A stretch of 25,577 nt of DNA from Utricularia gibba (Eukaryota > Plantae > Magnoliophyta). Shown piece by piece: positions 1 to 10,300 of the stretch. Under the pieces are notes generated by a model. The model was given only the letters and a program-made list of their open reading frames with translations, did no database searches and was not told the DNA's origin. The first letter of the stretch is position 1, and the number at the start of each line of letters is the position of its first letter. The DNA is taken from positions 1-25,577 of the forward strand of contig NEEC01000516.1 in assembly GCA_002189035.1 (NCBI GenBank), written 5' to 3'. Position numbers and translations under genes: made by a program.

Positions 1-641
1 TTAAATTACGATATCACGTGCACCCCACATGATTTTTTCAACAACTTACTTTATACTTGAGGAGGCGGTCTTGGGGTGCACCTAGAACGGGACAAAGGTC
101 AGGTTTGGCTTGCGCGAGTTAGTTGTAGCTCGGAAATAAAGTGATATTTATTAACGTTCAGTTTTTGGGGGCTGCCTACATGGTTTTTCAAGGAACAGCT
201 TCTCGTTTTGTGGCGGCCAGTCTCGCTGGGAACTTGGTCCTGGACCCCGATTCTGTATGGCTCATGAGGTCAACCGGATGGAAATCGATTAAAGAAAATG
301 ATGCCTTTCTTTAAATTACGATATCACGTGCACCCCCACATGATTTTTTCAACAACTTGCTTTATACTTGTGGAGGCGGTCTTGGGGTGCACCTGGAACG
401 GGACAAAGGTCAGGTTTGGCTTGCGCCGAGAGTTAGTTGTAGCTCGGAAATAAAGTGATGTATTTATTAACGTTCAGTTTTGGGGGGCTGCCTACATGGT
501 TTTTCAAGGAACAGCTTCTCGTTTTGTGGCGGCCAGTCTCGCTGGGAACTTGGTCCTTGACCCGATTATGTATTGCTCATGAGGTCAACCGGATGCAAAT
601 TGATTAAAAAAATGATGCCTTTGTTTAAATTACGATATCAC

Positions 642-705
642 GTGCACCCCACATGATTTTTTCAACAACTTACTTTATACTTGAGGAGGCGGTCTTGGGG
701 TGCAC
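642..705. other. Perfect 10-bp inverted repeat GTGCACCCCA ... TGGGGTGCAC (44-nt spacer), present in most monomers
   Basis: 642-651 is the exact reverse complement of 696-705; the same pair is at 18-27/72-81 in copy 1. It varies mainly in C/G run length. Function unknown. Confidence 0.85.
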
Positions 706-738
706 CTAGAACGGGACAAAGGTCAGGTTTGGCTTGCG

Positions 739-760
739 CCGAGAGTTAGTTGTAGCTCGG
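739..760. other. Short potential hairpin cc-(ga)-gagtta-gttg-tagctc-gg, present in most monomers
   Basis: gagtta pairs with tagctc (one G-T wobble) around a gttg loop; the flanking cc/gg extend the stem past a 2-nt bulge. The sequence is directly visible, but actual folding is not shown. Confidence 0.4.
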
Positions 761-3700
761 AAAATAAAGTGATGTATTTATTAACGTTCAGTTTTTGGGG
801 GCTGCCTACATGGTTTTTCAAGGAACAGCTTCTCGTTTTGTGGCGGCCAGTCTCGCTGGGAACTTGGTCCTTGACCCGATTATGTATGGCTCATGAGGTC
901 AACCGGATGCAAATTGATTAAAAAAAAATGATGCCTTTGTTTTAAATTACGATATCACGTGCACCCACATGATTTTTTCAACAACTTACTTTATACTTGA
1001 GGAGGCGGTCTTGGGGTGCACCTAGAACGGGACAAAGGTCAGGTTTGGCTTGCGCCGAGAGTTAGTTGTAGCTCGGAAAATAAAGTGATGTATTTATTAA
1101 CGTTCAGTTTTGGGGGGCTGCCTACATGGTTTTTCAAGGAACAGCTTCTCGTTTTGTGGCGGCCAGTCTCGCTGGGAACTTGGTCCTTGACCCCGATTCT
1201 GTATGGCTCATGAGGTCAACCGGATGCAAATCGATTAAAGAAATGATGCCTTTGTTTAAATTACGATATCACGTGCACCCCACATGATTTTTTCAACAAC
1301 TTACTTTATACTTGAGGAGGCGGTCTTGGGGTGCACCTAGAACGGGACAAAGGTCAGGTTTGGCTTGCGCCGAGAGTTAGTTGTAGCTCGGCAAATAAAG
1401 TGATGTATTTATTAACGTTCAGTTTTTGGGGGCTGCCTACATGGTTTTTCAAGAACAGCTTCTCGTTTTGTGCGGCCAGTCTCGCTGGGAACTTGGTCCT
1501 TGACCCCGATTCTGTATGGCTCATGAGGTCAACCGGATGCAAATCGATTAAAGAAAATGATGCCTTTCTTTAAATTACGATATCACGTGCACCCCACATG
1601 ATTTTTTCAACAACTTACTTTATACTTGAGGAGGCGGTCTTGGGGTGCACCTGGAACGGGACAAAGGTCAGGTTTGGCTTGCGCCGAGAGTTAGTTGTAG
1701 CTCGGCAAATAAAGTGATGTATTTATTAACGTTCAGTTTTTGGGGGCTGCCTACATGGTTTTTCAAGGAACAGCTTCTCGTTTTGTGGCGGCCAGTCTCG
1801 CTGGGAACTTGGTCCTTGACCCCGATTCTGTATGCTCATGAGGTCAACCGGATGCAAATTGATTAAAAAAATGATGCCTTTTTAAATTACGATATCACGT
1901 GCACCCCACATGATTTTTTCAACAACTTACTTTATACTTGAGGAGGCGGTCTTGGGGTGCACCTAGAACGGGACAAAGGTCAGGTTTGGCTTGCGCCGAG
2001 AGTTAGTTGTAGCTCGGAAAATAAAGTGATGTATTTATTAACGTTCAGTTTTGGGGGGCTGCCTACATGGTTTTTCAAGGAACAGCTTCTCGTTTTGTGG
2101 CGGCCAGTCTCGCTGGGAACTTGGTCCTTGACCCCGATTCTGTATTGGCTCATGAGGTCAACCGGATGCAAATTGATTAAAAAAATGATGCCTTTGTTTA
2201 AATTACGATATCACGTGCACCCCACATGATTTTTTCACAACTTACTTTATACTTGAGGAGGCGGTCTTGGGGTGCACCTAGAACGGGACAAAGGTCAGGT
2301 TTGGCTTGCGCCGAGAGTTAGTTGTAGCTCGGAAAATAAAGTGATGTATTTATTAACGTTCAGTTTTGGGGGCTGCCTACATGGTTTTTCAAGGAACAGC
2401 TTCTCGTTTTGTGGCGGCCAGTCTCGCTGGGAACTTGGTCCTTGACCCCGATTCTGTATGCTCATGAGGTCAACCGGATGCAAATCGATTAAAAAAATGA
2501 TGCCTTTGTTTAAATTACGATATCACGTGCACCCCACATGATTTTTCAACAACTTACTTTATACTTGAGGAGGCGGTCTTGGGGTGCACCTAGAACGGGA
2601 CAAAGGTCAGGTTTGGCTTGCGCCGAGAGTTAGTTGTAGCTCGGCAAATAAAGTGATGTATTTATTAACGTTCAGTTTTTTGGGGGCTGCCTACATGGTT
2701 TTTCAAGGAACAGCTTCTCGTTTTGTGGCGGCCAGTCTCGCTGGGAACTTGGTCCTTGACCCCGATTCTGTATGGCTCATGAGGTCAACCGGATGGAAAT
2801 CGATTAAAGAAAATGATGCTTTCTTTAAATTACGATATCACGTGCACCCCACATGATTTTTTCAACAACTTGCTTTATACTTGAGGAGGCGGTCTTGGGG
2901 TGCACCTAGAACGGGACAAAGGTCAGGTTTGGCTTGCGCCGAGAGTTAGTTGTAGCTCGGCAAATAAAGTGATGTATTTATTAACGTTCAGTTTTTGGGG
3001 GCTGCCTACATGGTTTTTCAAGGAACAGCTTCTCGTTTTGTGGCGGCCAGTCTCGCTGGGAACTTGGTCCTTGACCCGATTATGTATGGCTCATGAGGTC
3101 AACCGGATGCAAATTGATTAAAAAAAATGATGCCTTTGTTTAAATTACGATATCACGTGCACCCATTTTTTTCAACAACTTTATACTTGAGGAGGCGGTC
3201 TTGGGTGCACCTAGAACGGGACAAAGGTCAGGTTTGGCTTGCGTTGAGAGTTAGTTGTAGCTCGGAAATAAAGTGATGTATTTATTAACGTTCAGTTTTG
3301 GGGGCTGCCTACATGGTTTTTCAAGGAACAGCTTCTCGTTTTGTGGCGGCCAGTCTCGCTGGGAACTTGGTCCTTGACCCCGATTCTGTATGGCTCATGA
3401 GGTCAACCGGATGCAAATCGATTAAAAAAAATGATGCCTTTGTTTAAATTACGATATCACGTGCACCCCACATGATTTTTTCAACAACTTACTTTATACT
3501 TGAGGAGGCGGTCTTGGGGTGCACCTAGAACGGGACAAAGGTCAGGTTTGGCTTGCGCCGAGAGTTAGTTGTAGCTCGGAAAATAAAGTGATGTATTTAT
3601 TAACGTTCAGTTTTGGGGGCTGCCTACATGGTTTTTCAAGGAACCGCTTCTCGTTTTGTGGCGGCCAGTCTCGCTGGGAACTTGGTCCTTGACCCCGATT

Positions 3701-5323
3701 CTGTATGCTCATGAGGTCAACCGGATGCAAATCGATTAAAGAAAATGATGCCTTTGTTTAAATTACGATATCACGTGCACCACATGATTTTTTCAACAAC
3801 TTTATACTTGTGAGGAGGCTTTGGGGTGCACCTAGAACGGGACAAAGGTCAGGTTTGGCTTGCGCCGAGAGTTAGTTGTAGCTCGGAAAATAAAGTGATG
3901 TATTTATTAACGTTCAGTTTTTGGGGGCTGCCTACATGGTTTTTCAAGGAACAGCTTCTCGTTTTGTGGCGGCCAGTCTCGCTGGGAACTTGGTCCTGGA
4001 CCCCGATTCTGTATGGCTCATGAGGTCAACCGGATGGAAATCGATTAAAGAAAATGATGCCTTTCTTTAAATTACGATATCACGTGCACCCACATGATTT
4101 TTTCAACAACTTGCTTTATACTTGAGGAGGCGGTCTTGGGGTGCACCTAGAACGGGACAAAGGTCAGGTTTGGCTTGCGCCGAGAGTTAGTTGTAGCTCG
4201 GAAAATAAAGTGATGTATTTATTAACGTTCAGTTTTGGGGGCTGCCTACATGGTTTTTCAAGGAACAGCTTCTCGTTTTGTGGCGGCCAGTCTCGCTGGG
4301 AACTTGGTCCTTGACCCCGATTATGTATGCTCATGAGGTCAACCGGATGCAAATCGATTAAAAAAAATGATGCCTTTGTTTAAATTACGATATCACGTGC
4401 ACCCCACATGATTTTTTCAACAACTTACTTTATACTTGAGGAGGCGGTCTTGGGGTGCACCTAGAACGGGACAAAGGTCAGGTTTGGCTTGCGCCGAGAG
4501 TTAGTTGTAGCTCGGAAAATAAAGTGATGTATTTATTAACGTTCAGTTTTTGGGGGCTGCCTACATGGTTTTTCAAGGAACAGCTTCTCGTTTTGTGGCG
4601 GCCAGTCTCGCTGGGAACTTGGTCCTTGACCCCGATTATGTATGCTCATGAGGTCAACCGGATGCAAATCGATTAAAAAAAATGATGCCTTGTTTAAATT
4701 ACGATATCACGTGCACCCCACATGATTTTTTTCAACAACTTACTTTATACTTGAGGAGGCGGTCTTGGGGTGCACCTAGAACGGGACAAAGGTCAGGTTT
4801 GGCTTGCGAGAGTTAGTTGTAGCTCGGAAAATAAAGTGATGTATTTATTAACGTTCAGTTTTTGGGGGCTGCCTACATGGTTTTTCAAGGAACAGCTTCT
4901 CGTTTTGTGGCGGCCAGTCTCGCTGGGAACTTGGTCCTTGACCCCGATTCTGTATGGCTCATGAGGTCAACCGGATGCAAATCGATTAAAGAAAATGATG
5001 CCTTTGTTTAAATTACGATATCACGTGCACCCCACATGATTTTTTCAACAACTTACTTTATACTTGAGGAGGCGGTCTTGGGGTGCACCTAGAACGGGAC
5101 AAAGGTCAGGTTTGGCTTGCGCCGAGAGTTAGTTGTAGCTCGGCAAATAAAGTGATGTATTTATTAACGTTCAGTTTTGGGGGCTGCCTACATGGTTTTT
5201 CAAGGAACAGCTTCTCGTTTTGTGGCGGCCAGTCTCGCTGGGAACTTGGTCCTTGACCCCGATTCTGTATGGCTCATGAGGTCAACCGGATGGAAATCGA
5301 TTAAAGAAAATGATGCCTTTCTT

Positions 5324-5574
5324 TTAAATTACGATATCACGTGCACCCACATGATTTTTTCAACAACTTGCTTTATACTTGTGGAGGCGGTCTTGGGGGC
5401 ACCTAGAACGGGACAATTATGAGAGTTGTAGTCCTTGGGGTGCCTACATGGTTTTTCAAGGAACAGCTTCTCGTTTTGTGCGGCCAGTCTCGCTGGGAAC
5501 TTGGTCCTTGACCCGATTATGTATTGCTCATGAGGTCAACCGGATGCAAATGATTAAAAAAAATGATGCCTTGT
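5324..5574. repeat. Truncated monomer (copy 18, 251 bp) with garbled internal deletion of ~65 bp
   Basis: gggacaattatgagagttgtagtccttggggtgcctac replaces consensus positions ~94-180. Confidence 0.85.
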
Positions 5575-6511
5575 TTAAATTACGATATCACGTGCACCCA
5601 CATGATTTTTTCAACAACTTACTTTATACTTGAGGAGGCGGTCTTGGGGTGCACCTAGAACGGGACAAAGGTCAGGTTTGGCTTGCGCCGAGAGTTAGTT
5701 GTAGCTCGGAAAATAAAGTGATGTATTTATTAACGTTCAGTTTTGGGGGGCTGCCTACATGGTTTTTCAAGGAACAGCTTCTCGTTTTGTGGCGGCCAGT
5801 CTCGCTGGGAACTTGGTCCTTGACCCCGATTATGTATGCTCATGAGGTCAACCGGATGCAAATTGATTAAAAAATGATGCCTTTGTTTAAATTACGATAT
5901 CACGTGCACCCCACATGATTTTTTCAACAACTTACTTTATACTTGAGGAGGCGGTCTTGGGGTGCACCTAGAACGGGACAAAGGTCAGGTTTGGCTTGCG
6001 CCGAGAGTTAGTTGTAGCTCGGAAAATAAAGTGATGTATTTATTAACGTTCAGTTTTGGGGGGCTGCCTACATGGTTTTTCAAGGAAAGCTTCTCGTTTT
6101 GTGGCGGCCAGTCTCGCTGGGAACTTGGTCCTTGACCCCGATTCTGTATGCTCATGAGGTCAACCGGATGCAAATCGATTAAAAAATGATGCCTTTGTTT
6201 AAATTACGATATCACGTGCACCCACATGATTTTTTTCAACAACTTACTTTATACTTGAGGAGGCGGTCTTGGGTGCACCTAGAACGGGACAAAGGTCAGG
6301 TTTGGCTTGCGCCGAGAGTTAGTTGTAGCTCGGAAATAAAGTGATGTATTTATTAACGTTCAGTTTTTGGGGGCTGCCTACATGGTTTTTCAAGGAACAG
6401 CTTCTCGTTTTGTGGCGGCCAGTCTCGCTGGGAACTTGGTCCTTGACCCCATTCTGTATGGCTCATGAGGTCAACCGGATGGAAATCGATTAAAGAAAAT
6501 GATGCCTTTCT

Positions 6512-7337
6512 TTAAATTACGATATCACGTGCACCCCACATGATTTTTTCAACAACTTGCTTTATACTTGAGGAGGCGGTCTTGGGGTGCAGGAACGGGG
6601 TCACCCGCCGTTAGAGTTAGTTGTAGCTCGGAATAATGATGTATTTATTAACGTTCAGTTTTTGGGGCTGCCTACATGGTTTTTCAAGGAACAGCTTCTC
6701 GTTTTGTGGCGGCCAGTCTCGCGGGAACTTGGTCCTTGACCCCGATTCTGTATGGCTCATGAGGTCAACCGGATGGAAATCGATTAAAAAAATGATGCCT
6801 TTCTTTAAATTACGATATCACGTGCACCCCACATGATTTTTTCAACAACTTGCTTTATACTTGAGGAGGCGTCTTGGGGTGCACCTAGAACGGGACAAAG
6901 GTCAGGTTTGGCTTGCGCCGAGAGTTAGTTGTAGCTCGGAAAAAAAGTGATGTATTTATTAACGTTCAGTTTGGGGCTTTTTTTGGGCAGTGGGGGGCTT
7001 ATGTGGGCGGATGCAAATTGATTAAAAAATCTTTGTTTAGACGATACGTGCACCATGATTTTTTCAACAACTTACTTTATACTTGAGGAGGCGGTCTTGG
7101 GTGCACCTGGAACGGGACAAAGGTCAGGTTTGGCTTGCGCCGAGAGTTAGTTGTAGCTCGGAAATAAAGTGATGTATTTATTAACGTTCAGTTTTTGGGG
7201 CTGCCTACATGGTTTTTCAAGGAACAGCTTCTCGTTTTGTGGCGGCCAGTCTCGCTGGGAACTTGGTCTTGACCCCGATTCTGTATGGCTCATGAGGTCA
7301 ACCGGATGCAAATCGATTAAAAAAATGATGCCTTTGT
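6512..7337. repeat. Degraded monomers (copies 22-24; ~293, ~232 and ~301 bp)
   Basis: Garbled stretches at ~6588-6637 and ~6968-7056 retain only fragments of the consensus (gcagt, gatgcaaattg, ctttgtttagacgatacgtgcacc). Confidence 0.85.
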
Positions 7338-10300
7338 TTAAATTACGATATCACGTGCACCCCACATGATTTTTTCAACAACTTGCTTTATACTTGAGGA
7401 GGCGGTCTTGGGGTGCACCTAGAACGGGACAAAGGTCAGGTTTGGCTTGCGCCGAGAGTTAGTTGTAGCTCGGAAATAAAGTGATGTATTTATTAACGTT
7501 CAGTTTTGGGGGGCTGCCTACATGGTTTTTCAAGGAACAGCTTCTCGTTTTGTGGCGGCCAGTCTCGCTGGGAACTTGGTCCTTGACCCCGATTCTGTAT
7601 GGCTCATGAGGTCAACCGGATGGAAATCGATTAAAGAAAATGATGCCTTTCTTTAAATTACGATATCACGTGCACCCCACATGATTTTTTCAACAACTTG
7701 CTTTATACTTGAGGAGGCGGTCTTGGGGTGCACCTGGAACGGGACAAAGGTCAGGTTTGGCTTGCGCGAGAGTTAGTTGTAGCTCGGAAAATAAAGTGAT
7801 GTATTTATTAACGTTCAGTTTTGGGGGCTGCCTACATGGTTTTTCAAGGAACAGCTTCTCGTTTTGTGGCGGCCAGTCTGGGAACTTGGTCCTTGACCCG
7901 ATTCTGTATGCTCATGAGGTCAACCGGATGCAAATCGATTAAAGAAAATGATGCCTTTGTTTAAATTACGATATCACGTGCACCCCACATGATTTTTTTC
8001 AAACTTACTTTATACTTGAGGAGGCGGTCTTGGGGTGCACCTAGAACGGGACAAAGGTCAGGTTTGGCTTGCGCCGAGAGTTAGTTGTAGCTCGGCAAAT
8101 AAAGTGATGTATTTATTAACGTTCAGTTTTTGGGGGCTGCCTACATGGTTTTTCAAGGAACAGCTTCTCGTTTTGTGGCGGCCAGTCTCGCTGGGAACTT
8201 GGTCCTTGACCCCGATTCTGTATGGCTCATGAGGTCAACCGGATGGAAATCGATTAAAAAAATGATGCCTTTCTTTAAATTACGATATCACGTGCACCCC
8301 ACATGATTTTTTCAACAACTTGCTTTATACTTGTGGAGGCGGTCTTGGGGTGCACCTGGAACGGGACAAAGGTCAGGTTTGGCTTGCGCCGAGAGTTAGT
8401 TGTAGCTCGGCAAATAAAGTGATGTATTTATTAACGTTCAGTTTTTGGGGGCTGCCTACATGGTTTTTCAAGAAACAGCTTCTCGTTTTGTGGCGGCCAG
8501 TCTCGCTGGGAACTTGGTCCTTGACCCGATTATGTATGCTCATGAGGTCAACCGATGCAAATTGATTAAAAAAAAATGATGCCTTGTTTTAAATTACGAT
8601 ATCACGTGCACCCCACATGATTTTTTCAACAACTTACTTTATACTTGAGGAGGCGGTCTTGGGGTGCACCTAGAACGGGACAAAGGTCAGGTTTGGCTTG
8701 CGCCGAGAGTTAGTTGTAGCTCGGAAAATAAAGTGATGTATTTATTAACGTTCAGTTTTGGGGGGCTGCCTACATGGTTTTTCAAGGAACAGCTTCTCGT
8801 TTTGTGGCGGCCAGTCTCGCTGGGAACTTGGTCCTTGACCCCGATTATGTATGCTCATGAGGTCAACCGGATGCAAATCGATTAAAAAAAATGATGCCTT
8901 TGTTTAAATTACGATATCACGTGCACCCCACATGATTTTTTTCAACAACTTACTTTATACTTGAGGAGGCGGTCTTGGGGTGCACCTAGAACGGGACAAA
9001 GGTCAGGTTTGGCTTGCGCCGAGAGTTAGTTGTAGCTCGGAAAATAAAGTGATGTATTTATTAACGTTCAGTTTTGGGGGCTGCCTACATGGTTTTTCAA
9101 GGAACAGCTTCTCGTTTTGTGGCGGCCAGTCTCGCTGGGAACTTGGTCCTTGACCCCGATTCTGTATGCTCATGAGGTCAACCGGATGCAAATCGATTAA
9201 AGAAAATGATGCCTTTGTTTAAATTACGATATCACGTGCACCCCACATGATTTTTTCAACAACTTACTTTATACTTGAGGAGGCGGTCTTGGGGTGCACC
9301 TAGAACGGGACAAAGGTCAGGTTTGGCTTGCGTTGAGAGTTAGTTGTAGCTCGGAAATAAAGTGATGTATTTATTAACGTTCAGTTTTTGGGGGCTGCCT
9401 ACATGGTTTTTCAAGGAACAGCTTCTCGTTTTGTGGCGGCCAGTCTCGCTGGGAACTTGGTCCTTGACCCGATTCTGTATGGCTCATGAGGTCAACCGGA
9501 TGGAAATCGATTAAAGAAAATGATGCCTTTCTTTAAATTACGATATCACGTGCACCCCACATGATTTTTTCAACAACTTGCTTTATACTTGAGGAGGCGG
9601 TCTTGGGGTGCACCTGGAACGGGACAAAGGTCAGGTTTGGCTTGCGCCGAGAGTTAGTTGTAGCTCGGAAAATAAAGTGATGTATTTATTAACGTTCAGT
9701 TTTTGGGGGCTGCCTACATGGTTTTTCAAGGAACAGCTTCTCGTTTTGTGGCGGCCAGTCTCGCTGGGAACTTTGGTCCTTGACCCCGATTCTGTATGCT
9801 CATGAGGTCAACCGGATGCAAATTAAAGAAAATGATGCCTTTGTTTAAATTACGATATCACGTGCACCCCACATGATTTTTTCAACAACTTACTTTATAC
9901 TTGAGGAGGCGGTCTTGGGGTGCACCTAGAACGGGACAAAGGTCAGGTTTGGCTTGCGCCGAGAGTTAGTTGTAGCTCGGAAATAAAGTGATGTATTTAT
10001 TAACGTTCAGTTTTGGGGGCTGCCTACATGGTTTTTCAAGGAACAGCTTCTCGTTTTGTGGCGGCCAGTCTCGCTGGGAATTGGTCCTTGACCCCGATTC
10101 TGTGGCTCATGAGGTCAACCGGATGGAAATCGATTAAAAAAATGATGCCTTTGTTTAAATTACGATATCACGTGCACCCCACATGATTTTTTCAACAACT
10201 TACTTTATACTTGAGGAGGCGGTCTTGGGTGCACCTAGAACGGGACAAAGGTCAGGTTTGGCTTGCGCCGAGAGTTAGTTGTAGCTCGGCAAATAAAGTG

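Larger units (their letters stand above)
625..941. repeat. Representative monomer (copy 3) made of two diverged ~157-159 bp sub-repeats: half A 625-780, half B 781-941
   Basis: Colinear matching blocks at a near-constant 156-159 offset: ttaa/ttaa, acatgattttttcaa (651-665)/acatggtttttcaa (808-821), ttg[a/t]ggaggc/ttgtggcggc, gtct/gtct, gac/gac, gtttggct/gtatggct, tgta[g/a]ctcg/tgcaaat[c/t]g, aaagtgatgtatttattaa/aaaatgatgcctttgtttaa. Hand alignment of the consensus gives about 88 matches in 162 columns (~54%). Confidence 0.8.
1..7652. repeat. 4-monomer higher-order periodicity (~1.25 kb), copies 1-25
   Basis: The end allele cctttCt occurs in copies 1, 5, 9, 13, 17, 21, 25 (plus 22). gatGgaaat occurs in 1, 9, 13, 17, 21, 22, 25. 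cttGcttt follows in 2, 10, 14, 18, 22, 23, 25 (and 26). Confidence 0.7.

Noticed and set aside
261-284. Hammerhead ribozyme core, as in newt or schistosome satellites (ctcatga...gaaa)
   Set aside because: The core reads CTCATGA rather than CTGANGA, the G10.1-C11.1 pair is absent (g...g), and GAAA exists only in one allele class.
239-396. Dcm (CCWGG) methylation miscalls or deamination explaining cctAg/cctGg and cctTg/cctGg
   Set aside because: cctGg at position 84 is linked to distant non-CCWGG alleles of the Y class, which fits real haplotypes better. The rare cctgg at position ~247 (three copies: 1, 13 and the deleted copy 34) is too sparse to interpret.
624-647. Polylinker-like cluster of palindromes (TTTAAA, GATATC, CACGTG, GTGCAC) suggesting a synthetic construct
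   Set aside because: About 8 six-mer palindromes per monomer against about 5 expected is not a strong excess. The ancient A/B divergence and class structure argue for a natural origin.
685-700. G-quadruplex at ggaggcggtcttgggg
   Set aside because: Mostly two-G tracts, with no four G3 runs at suitable spacing.
732-750. 5S rDNA array (unit size is plausible; gcttgcgccgagagttagt loosely recalls the 5S internal control region)
   Set aside because: Only scattered short look-alike words, not in 5S order. I could not build a 120-nt 5S fold with paired ends and a following T-run terminator. An Infernal search with RF00001 would settle it.
832-846. CENP-B box
   Set aside because: ctcgttttgtggcgg lacks the TTCG-N4-A-N2-CGGG pattern; the consensus has no TTCG.
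639-914. Transcription-factor motifs: E-box CACGTG, two AGGTCA half-sites, octamer ATGCAAAT (907-914, C allele only), minus-strand TATAAA
   Set aside because: Short motifs of this kind are expected by chance in 316 bp, the host is unknown and there is no downstream gene.
700-921. Recurrent short ORFs (MHLERDKGQVWLAPRVSC..., minus-strand MHPVDLMS...) as a multicopy gene family
   Set aside because: They are one monomer read repeatedly. Starts are mostly GTG/TTG, C-termini change with every homopolymer indel, no domain is recognisable, and the consensus has stops in all six frames.
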